From: Nageia nagi
Lineage: Eukaryota; Plantae; Pinophyta
Assembly (NCBI GenBank): GCA_050084985.1
Contig: JBITNC010000001.1
Location: 135,284,001 to 135,348,000, forward strand
Length of the DNA: 64,000 nt
Direction of reading: 5' to 3'
This document shows, in pieces, positions 53,901-64,000 of this stretch; positions within the stretch are counted from its first letter, which is position 1; the number at the start of each line of letters is the position of its first letter. The position numbers and the translations under genes were made by a program. A model generated the notes under the pieces. That model was not told the origin of the DNA. It saw nothing but the letters and a program-made list of their open reading frames with translations, and made no database searches.

Positions 53901-54193
53901 ATATCCAATCAAATTAATACATTACAACAAATATAAAACAAACAATACTCTTAAGATGATATTGAGTCGATATTATCACTCACTGCAGCTACAAACTACC
54001 ATAGAATCGGTATCCATGTGCACGTTCCACCAGATATATGTACTACAGCATTCAAGTGCGATTTTACCATAACAGTGATATTATGACAAACAATTCCTAC
54101 CCTATGTCAGTTTTTAAAGTATGTGTACTACGAAATTAACATGGAAAACATGCCATCTTCAATCTGAAATTTAGGATCTCAGGACCCTTCGTC

Positions 54194-56106
54194 AATTTTT
54201 GTGCTTGTATCTTCTATTATTATTTTTAAATCTATTAGTAACTTTCATAAGATCTAAGTGCTTATTTGTGTATAATATATGTAGCGAGCTTCATCATTAA
54301 GGTTATTATAAATCTTATAAAATGTTCAGAATAAATTTGAATGTGATGCTTTTCTAAATCTCAATTTCAAAGGATTTACAGAGAAGAATTTAAGCTGATA
54401 TCAAATTAGGCATGTTTCTTATTATTACTACACCAATATTTGTATATAGAATTGCATTAGATAATTGTATAGTAATGTTGCATTATATTCTAGTTATATT
54501 TTTTATGAAGTTTTAATTTTTATTTATTAGATTGGATAATTTTTATTATTTTTTTTCTTAATTTTTATTTATTAGATATGGATAAGTTTTATTTATTAGA
54601 TGTTCATAAATATCATGAATTATTTGTATTCTTTTGTTACTTGCATTTATTCATAAAGAGAATCATGAAGTGAGGTGTGTAAAACTTCACACCAATACAC
54701 AAGAACTAAATAGACCCAACTAATGAAATTGAGTTTTCACATTTCCTTAAGGTATATCAAAAGGTTGTCCTAGGTGATTATTATCATTTTTATCTCTAAA
54801 AACCCATTGATTGTATATTTATTATTGTAAACTACATTTATTATTATAAGAAGCGGACTCTCATATATAATTATTACAATTAATAATATGTTTAAGGGAG
54901 GTCCCAAACCTCCCTAATTATCATAATAAAATATTGGATTAAATGATATTTTTGTGAAATAATAATGTAATATATCCCACTTTAATTACATAGTATATAT
55001 TTATAAAAGTAGCATAACAAATTGGACTAATCACATCTGGCCAACAAATCCATATAGAATGTAACAAACTAGACAAAATATTTGAGTGGATAAATTACTG
55101 TCATTTAAAACACTCTAAAAAAACCCCTCACACCCCCATATTATATCATTATCCAAATGCGTATACATATAATAACAACTGCTTGATGAACACACTCTAT
55201 AGTTCATCAACACATATGAGATAAATAGAGACATACATATCTACTCATGATAAGTAATAGTGTAACTAGTCTCACTTTGCTTCTTCACTAGGACTAACCT
55301 TATTAGACATGTAACCATGTATAACCAACTATCAATGATTCATTAATATATTTGGATAGATACATACATAATATACAAATGTCAAAGTTGTGAATAAGAA
55401 TATTGGGGACACATATAAGAAATCATGAATAAATAGATAGGGATGTAGACATTATCCAATACAAAATTTGTAAGTAGGGATATACACACTATCTAATATC
55501 AATGTTGTAAGAAGGGAGACAAGAACTATTGAACACCAATATTCTAAAAAAGGATACACACTACCATTACAATAATCAATTATCATTCAATAATTATTAT
55601 TTAGAATAAACATAACCTATCATATCTATAAACTTATATATGGGGATAAACATAATAAGTGTCACATAGCCACATGTAGCACTAATTATGAATAGCGACT
55701 CATACAACTATTCATAAGAAATGATTTTAAATCAATTTTTAAAAATATTTTGTTTTGTTTCCTTATAAGAAGGCTACTTACTATTTACTTTCCATTCCTA
55801 ATTATCTTCATTTATAATGAATGCATTGTTAATCTTAAATTTACCATCTACTAGGTCCTTAGTTATCTATATTCATTCAATCACTCTTTGGCATTAGTTA
55901 TCACATTAGAAGTGAACAAGCTTTTACTTAGATATCTGACTAGTGGATGAAAGACTATGCTGCTACTTTTTTGTAAATATCACCTTTTCTTCAACTATTA
56001 AGTCATTTTTTTTTTAATTTGATTTTATTCAAGGAGTAGCGATGAAATTATATTTTCAAAGTTGCATTCATCTTATTAAATGTGAACATAAAAATATCAT
56101 ATCTAG
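54194..56106. repeat. About 1.9-kb dispersed repeat, copy 2 (copy 1 at 6310-8357)
   Basis: Collinear similarity throughout, except a differing segment that corresponds to about 6555-6715. Confidence 0.92.
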
Positions 56107-57835
56107 ATGGCATACTATTCAAATAAAGATATTTTGTATCATTATCATTTAAATTAGCATTAACCTAAGGTAGCTACTTCAATAAGAAATAAAACATACT
56201 AATATTTTTTATAATATTATCATGTACATTACTATTAATTTGAGCTAGTTTATTTTGGACTTAGTATATAAGCTACCTTATTGGTAAACAGAGGGATTCA
56301 CACAAACCCAACAACTATATGAACATCATTAAATATTTTTATATCTCATTAATTAAAAGAGGGATATAGGGAAACAATCCAAGCTACGTTTCACTAAGAA
56401 TACAAACATACAAACCATATCCAAATTTATGAGGCTATCATATATGAGTCATGTTCAACTTCTTCCAAAGTATTTCATTATTTTTGGGATTTTAGGAAAG
56501 CTTTCAAATTTTTAATATTGTACCTCTATATATACTTTTTGAGAGAGACACCAATCATTTTTAATCTTTGAATAATTTTTTATAATAATATTCAAGTTAT
56601 ACAAAAATATTATTAGACATTATTGGTCCTCTCAAGGCCTTTTTGATAAAATTCTCAATATCATAGGATCATAATAAGGTTACCCACATTCCCCCACACT
56701 TTTAATGATCTTCAAATCATATACACATGCAACATTTAATTACATACTTCATAATATCTTGATTTGTATCACCCTTTACATTGATGATATTATTGTTATA
56801 GTTTTAATTGATAAGATAATCCAATATAAATTGAATGTAATATATGATTTTTGTACTTTAAGATAATTATTGATGAATCTTACCAACACCAAGTCCATTA
56901 TGTTATATACTACCATGGAGGTATAACCTATCTTCATTTTTCAATCTTCAGGGATAAGAAGCGGAGAACACCACCTCCTATGTATACCTCATTTTTTTTT
57001 CATTGAGCCAACATTTAAGATGAAGCATTTTTCCTAAGCTCACATTTATAAGGGATATATAACCCTTTCCTTACTTGAGAGGATTTTATTTACAACTCAT
57101 ATATAGATATTCTAGTATAGATAAATATTTTTTATACCTTTTTCAAACCAACTATAATTTGCAGTCTAATGATCTATGGGACCCTATTCTTGGGCTAACT
57201 GAATGTGCTCATGTTGAATAAGTTCAAATAATTTTTCTTTGTAGTTTTATATGGTGTAAGAACATGATTCCTCACTTTATTACCCTTGTAGGGTTCATAG
57301 ATTCACATATGTTGTTTAATAGTTTTGTTAATGATCATTACCTATCTTCACAAGCTTCACACTATGGGAGACACCCTTTACACGTCTTGAATATATGCTT
57401 ACCTTAATTTATACTCCATAATGACCCTTTGATTGAGTTTTAAGGGGAAAAGAAGGGATTTTTATTCTTAGGTATCTATACCATTAGGGCACATTCGTAT
57501 TCATATTATCAAACTTCCTCCTTATTCCCTTGTAGATCATTAGCTTCTATCACATAATAATATGGCAAAGATACTTCATGAGATTTGAAAATATATCATT
57601 CTTTCATATAACTATTATATTTGGATCCCTTTCATAATCCCTATTTTCTTAATACCTCCTTATTACTTTTGACAACCTACAACACATGATATACATGTAT
57701 CTATTAGAGAACTTTAAATTTGCTCCCACTAGCTCCACATTGAGACAAATTATTAGATACTAAGAGAGGAATGGATATGCATATTTTTAAATTTATGAAA
57801 ATTTGATACTCTACATCATTTTATTCTCCATTATC

Positions 57836-58159
57836 TCATTTACTATGAGATTTGAGGTAGATTTCATTAACTCTTTATGGTTGCATCTACATCACATATA
57901 TCTTTTAATTTAAGAAGCAACCTAATTTAATTGATAGAGGGGATCTAATTTAGGTGCCTCCCACCCTTAACAGCCTCAACTTATCATAAAGTATTTCATA
58001 AATTTTGATATACCAATGGATGATACAAATATTTTTCAAAAATAATAAGCACCAAATCATCTAAGCATTAATAGGGTCACTAGATAATGTACCCATGGAT
58101 ATTTTGGACTACTAATCAATAGTAAGCATACACATACTAATGAATTATTTTATAATTAT
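57836..58159. repeat. About 325-bp dispersed direct repeat, copy 1 (copy 2 at 60511-60833)
   Basis: Shared aagaagcaacctaatttaat...aaaaataataagcaccaaatcatctaagcatta...tagataatgtacccatggatattt. Confidence 0.9.
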
Positions 58160-58299
58160 ATTCATCATCCTTTTGATGATATATGAGAGATTAGTTCATG
58201 AGGTTAAGAGAGAGTTCTTCTAATAGGATGAGTTTAAGAAAATGAGTCCACATAAAGAGGAAGTCTTGCAAGAAGCTGAGACTAACTATCAAATTCTTA

Positions 58300-58812
58300 T
58301 TTACTAATAACGTTACATTTTTTAATAATTTAAAAAAATTATACCAAGATAAGTTATACATAGTTCTCTACAATTTTTTTTTAAATTGATAAGTTTAAGT
58401 AAAATTATGCATGTCGTACATGAGCAATTTTCGAAACAACAATCATGACCAATGTAAAATTAATAATAAGAAATTTATTTATGAAAAAAATATAAAACAA
58501 AATCTAGGATAAGCTTTAGTATATCAGGTATTTTTTCCCAAAATGATTTTAAAAAAATACTTTGATTTAGGTCAAACTATGCTTGTTGGACACATGCACA
58601 GTATGGTACTGAAATAGTATATTTTAAAAAGTGGTTTTTACTCATCCCTTTCAAAATTTAACTTTTATTTTTTAAGTATTAGAATAAATTACATATTTGA
58701 AAACTAGAATCTGAGTAGTACATTTTGAGATCAATTATGATGAAACATGAAAAATAAGGAACACTTCCACTTTTTGGCCAAAATGTGGACCCAACTTCTT
58801 CCATTGACCCAA
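58300..58812. mobile_element. DNA-transposon-like terminal repeat, copy 2
   Basis: Collinear with 22960-23493 and shares the same end (ccaacttctt...acccaa). Confidence 0.6.
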
Positions 58813-59316
58813 TGGATGATCCCTCATCTTCATAGTTGATGTATGTGACCCAAATAAAATATTAAAAAATATCCAAAACTTACTTCAATAGATTTGAGAA
58901 GTTAATGTGGTGTAAGTATATGTTTGAAATTCTAAGTATAGCCAATGGTGTGTCTCTTTGATTTCATGTAGTCCATTTAGTTAGAATAATATATTAGATA
59001 GATAGTTAGTGATTTAGGTGTTTAGATAAATAAAATAAAAGTAATGTTAAATTATTAATATTACTAATGTAATATTTTATAATTAGGATTTCTATGTTGA
59101 AATCATTACTTCGCAAGAATGTAACTCCATAATATACTTGTACTTTAACTTATCTCTTCTTAATAATGAGATAATTTAGTTTTCTCTTTCAATTTTTAAT
59201 ATGTTATTAGAGAAGGACCAAAATTTTATCTCTCTCTCAATGTGCCCTAAAGTGATGGTTCTTATCCATGACTAAGAGATGATTGTTGTGAAGAACAAGA
59301 AAGTTCAAGATCAATG

Positions 59317-59922
59317 TGATGGAATTGGAGGATTCCATAACCCAAGAACATTTGTATGACCTCCATCAAATATAGCAATCAATCATTCTAAAACTAATAA
59401 CACAAGAAGCATTCTCACATAGTAACACAAGATATATAGTGGTTCCTCCATCACATAGAGTACTCCACTTTAGGTCTCCTTTTCACTATACTCTCAAATA
59501 ATGTACTCTCATGGATCTCAACCATGACTCTCCTTAGCATAAAGCATAGCTTGCAAGCTTAAGACCTTACTAACTAAGATCTATACTAACATCCTTACAA
59601 CTATATTTCTATCTACTTCTCATCTTCATCACCTTACAAATCTTCACAATATGAGCTCCTTTTATAGGACTCAAAACTAAATTTAGGTAGTTAACTAACC
59701 TAACCATAATTGGTTAGTTAACCTAGGTTACAATATAAAATTACATTTAATTATTAGTGGAGACACTATTCCACCTAACAAATCCTATTTTAAGTTGGAT
59801 GGAGAATACTATTCTACCCACCATGCATGAACTTCATTATCACTTAATAAACTTTAGGTGATTATTAATATGTTAAAGCATATTAATTACAAAATACCCT
59901 AAGTAACTTTATAGTTCTAACA
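59317..59922 (-). mobile_element. Solo LTR (606 bp)
   Basis: TGATGGAA...TTCTAACA termini flanked by the direct repeat CAATG (59312-16, 59923-27); minus-strand cctataaaagg near 59660. Confidence 0.75.
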
Positions 59923-60510
59923 CAATGAAGTATAGGTGTTATCACTAGCATAAACCTATTAGAGAAGTACTTAGAGATGTAAGAAATCTTTTATTTACAA
60001 AATGAAAGTGTTGGAGCTAGCCTAGCATGTCCAAAATATATAAATCAGAGTAGCATATATTATGAAATTCAATACCTAATGTAATTTTTGTTAGTTTATA
60101 TAAGAAAAAAGTATTAATATAACACACTAGACACACATAGCACCCTATTCAAGAGAATAGTATAATCAATATTTGTAGTAATAAAAATGTAAAGACATAT
60201 TATGGAAGCTAGCAAAATGTCCATTACATGTCCACCAACATGGATGATGATTAAAATATGTATGTCAAATTCCACATATAGAGTGCATATAGAAGAGCCC
60301 GTATCCATATTCCAGCCCAATGTTGTCTACTATTATCTTGAAAAATGAATTTGAGAGTGATATTCATATCTGCTACCAACTGCAACCCCTTATCTCTTCA
60401 TGAATCATAAGAGTTGAAGATATATTACACACATAGAGAGTAGAGTTTTTATATATTTATAGTAAACAAAATCACTAGTGAATAATATAGATGAATATTC
60501 CTCCTACATC

Positions 60511-60833
60511 CATCTACTAAGAGATTTGAGGTATTTTTCACTACCACTTTATGATTGACTCTATATCACATGTATCTTTCATTTTAAGAAGCAACCTAAT
60601 TTAATCTATAGAGGGGATCTAATTAAGGTGCCTCCAACCCCTCATAATATCAACTTATCATAAAGTATTTCACAAACTTTGATAGATTGAGGGAGGGTAC
60701 AAATATTTATCAAAAATAATAAGCACCAAATCATCTAAGCATTAGTAAGATCATTAGATAATGTACCCATGGATATTTTAGACTACTAATCAATGGTAAA
60801 AATACACATATCAATAAATTATTTAGTAGTTAT
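60511..60833. repeat. About 325-bp dispersed direct repeat, copy 2, cut by an LTR insertion
   Basis: Matches 57836-58159 up to the LTR start. Confidence 0.88.
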
Positions 60834-63800
60834 TGTAGAAACCTAAAAATAAATTATTATTATTTAAATAATTCATTTTATAGCATCAAGGGTATTTATT
60901 ATAAAAAGAGGTTAAAATAATACCCAAGGTAATGTAATTAATGTAATGGACCATTTTAGAATGTAATAAGGGGTCAAATATATAAAAGACTCCTCAAATG
61001 ATGTAATGTGCAATGATCCCAAGAATATAGGAAGATAAGGATGTTGCTATATAAAGATATGAAGGGCAACACAAAAGGTATCATGAAAGGGCATCAAAGA
61101 TCCTAGAGAAGGACTCCAATGAATGCAATATTACTCTATTCTACCAATAATGATATTTTGTAACACCACCTCTACATAGATATGTTAAACCCTTTGCTTC
61201 ATTGTTGCATGCTTTATTCTCTTTATAGTTCTATGTATTCTATGAAGCCAGAGGTATAGCAGTTATGGGCCATTAGTGATGTGCATATGGATGAATGCAT
61301 GTTTGTGTTTGATGAATGGATTTCTTTATGTGTTGTTTATATGATTACAAAGAAGGTAAATTGATTATCATTGTTCATTATTTCTATATTTTTTATATAT
61401 GCTTCAATAAAATTGTAGATAAATAGTGCATTTATTATACCATTTATGGGTTATTTGAGGTCTACATTTTGGTGAACTTGACTGTTTGATTTATCTTGCC
61501 CTCCTAGAAAGATCTTATGAGAATTCTATAATGGATATACACCATCACCACATTATTAGCTATTCTTAGATGGTTAGTGCTTAGTGGCATAAAAATAAAA
61601 CAAATGGTACAAATGTTGAAAGACCTAAATACGAAATATGATGGATTAAAGAAAGAACTCATTTTGATTAATGGTTTTAGTATCTCAACCAAATCTAGTT
61701 CCACCCTTCAAGCTGGAGCTACTCCTGTTACATCATAATAAAGTATAGATGAATATGATGGTGTCTTCACCTCACCCTTATCTAAGGAGATCCATAATTT
61801 TCCCCTACCATCTGCGCATAAGGCCTCAAATTTGGAGATGTTTAGTGGCAAACAAGACCCAAAATAACATCTTATTTGCTTTCATGAGGAGTGCTTATTG
61901 AAATTAGGGTCAAAGTAGAAGTTGATGGCAAAATTTATCCCAACGATTTTGAAAGGTGATGCTAGTCAATGGTTCTATAATTTGCTTGTGGTTCAATTAA
62001 TTCTTTCAAACCATTGGTTAAGGTCTTCATGGGTCAATATAAGCACAACATCAAAGAGCAAAACACTATTATAGAATTAAATTAGATTAAAATGAAATTT
62101 GTGCTATTTTTTGATATTCCATTGTACCTATTCTTAATTTGCATGCTCCTAGCAATAAAAATGATGGTTTTGGAGTATTAGTTGAAGAAATATTGTAAAA
62201 AGAGAAAGTGTTGCTTGCATTGGGTGAGCTCAAATATACACATAATCATTTTAATAAATATAATTAGAGAACATATGCTATGAAATAAGAGAAAACCATT
62301 CATATGGATGAAAAACCTGCTACTCCTCCAAAATTGCAAAGATCAACCACTACAAAAGATTTCATATACACTTTACTAATTTAGCCAAGGTTTATTATGA
62401 GGGATATCATGAAAAAAATATTATTACAACCTTTGGAAAGATCTTTACAAGATGATAACATTCACATGGGAAAATCTAATGCTTATTGCACATATCACCA
62501 AAGAAAGGTACATACTACAAACTTTTGTAAGTCATTAGAGGAAGCTATATTGGATCTTATCACTCAAGGAAAATATCATATTGATGAAAATGCTTCAAAT
62601 CCAAGCCATATAGTTAATATTATTACAGTTGACAAGAAAGTGTGTACTAGGTTAAGAAGAGGATATCTATGCTAGGTTCCTAATTTGGTTACTATGAAAT
62701 AAGTAAGTATCCCACCTAATCCAAAGACATATAGTATGATTGAAGAATACACCTACAAAAATTAGCTTGTATGATCTCATTTCTACATCTACAACACATA
62801 GAGAGATCCTATATGCTTTTTTTAAAAAGGAAATTATCCCTACTAATATTTCATCCATCATATTTTCTAAAAAGCTTAGGGCTATCCAAGAATGCGATGC
62901 TATCTCCTTTTATAAATCTAAAAAAACTAAGGAAATATTAGAGGAATGTTTAGCTTTGTATATTACACCTTTGATTGATGGATGGGAAATTAAAAGGGCA
63001 ATGGTAGATAATGGGTCAATTGTAAATGTATGTTCCCATCATTTTTTGACTCAATTGCAAGAAAAAGGTGTAGAGATCCCTCCACTAGAAGAAGCTACAT
63101 TTAGGATTAAAGCTTATGATAGTTCATCTAAAAATCTAATGGGGATATCTACAATAATTATTACTATAGGAGTAAGGATAGTAGCAGCTAAATTCCAAGT
63201 GGTTGATTCAAAATTATCCTATAATCTAGTTTTGGTAAGACCTTAGCTTCATGATATGGATGCAGTCCCTTCTACTATGAATGGACAATTGAAATTTGAA
63301 TTTTAAGGTGAGGTACATATAGTATTGGAATATCCTAAGCCCTATGCACTATGTAATACATTAGATTTTGATTGCCTTATAATGACAACCCTAAGATATG
63401 AGATTGAGCCCTTAGAATATGCTAAATCGAGGGCAAATACAGAAAAGCATGTTCATATTATGGAGATAGGTATGGAATCATACAAAATTGAAGAAGATTT
63501 GTTTGCATTCATTAAATTCTTGGGATGATCCAAAATTCTTTCTATTAAGGGTCATTAGTGATGTGTGATCCTACCTAAAGGCTATTAATGATGTGGAAAT
63601 GATGAATATAAAGAAAGTTCTTGTTCCATTACATCAATCACACTAACTCAAACTCCTCCAACACATGCACTGTTGTCATCTAAAATGGTTAAATTCTTTC
63701 CATCACCTTTTGTTCATAAATACATGGTACAACATTAAAAATACAAAGGAGGAGGTTTAGGTATAAATGAATAAGGAATGCTTACTTTACCTAGTAACTC

Positions 63801-64000
63801 TAAAGCTAAAATGACTAAAATAGGATTGAGTAGTGATGGGAGTACAAAACAAAGATGGGGACCAATAAAATTTTTAAAAGAGTGCAATTTGATTGAGTTA
63901 TCTAATTATATTAATGAGGATTTATGGATTGATGATATTGTTCCACTTGCATTCAATTGCTTTACTATTGATGATGATATTCTTGAATACTTAGCGGCAC
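60834..64000 (+). mobile_element. Decayed Tat-like gypsy element (LTR, Trp PBS, gag, protease, G-patch); runs off the right edge
   Basis: LTR 60834-61466 (tgtagaa...tctaca) resembles the 28939 LTR; PBS tggtgaacttgac at 61470; gag FSGKQDPK*HL and YCTYHQRKVHTTNFC; protease RAMVDNGS...YNLVLVRP; G-patch-like YKGGGLGINE*G at about 63745. Confidence 0.9.

Overview
Very AT-rich plant nuclear DNA with a seed-plant, probably gymnosperm-like, repeat landscape (inference); it is not prokaryotic. Only one host gene looks intact: a two-exon family-1 UDP-glycosyltransferase (minus strand, 43528-45057, 484 aa, PSPG box, 75-bp intron). Two broken paralogues lie at about 21.4-21.8 kb and 53.6-53.9 kb, and a subtilase pseudogene at 5.3-6.0 kb. 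Most of the rest is transposon-derived. There are four Tat/Ogre-like Ty3/gypsy elements, three with a visible tRNA-Trp primer site. One is young with an intact 745-aa Gag. One is complete but old, has no pol, carries an intron-containing antisense Plant Mobile Domain (PMD) gene, and is nested in the protease of a tRNA-iMet-primed gypsy element. Also present: two decayed L1 LINEs, a dimeric tRNA-derived SINE, a solo LTR, dispersed and tandem repeats, and an (AT)60 tract. The best leads are the gag-only retroelement with an antisense PMD gene and recurrent palindromic motifs, and a perfect 52-bp-arm hairpin in the UGT promoter. All calls were made by eye; boundaries of decayed elements are approximate.
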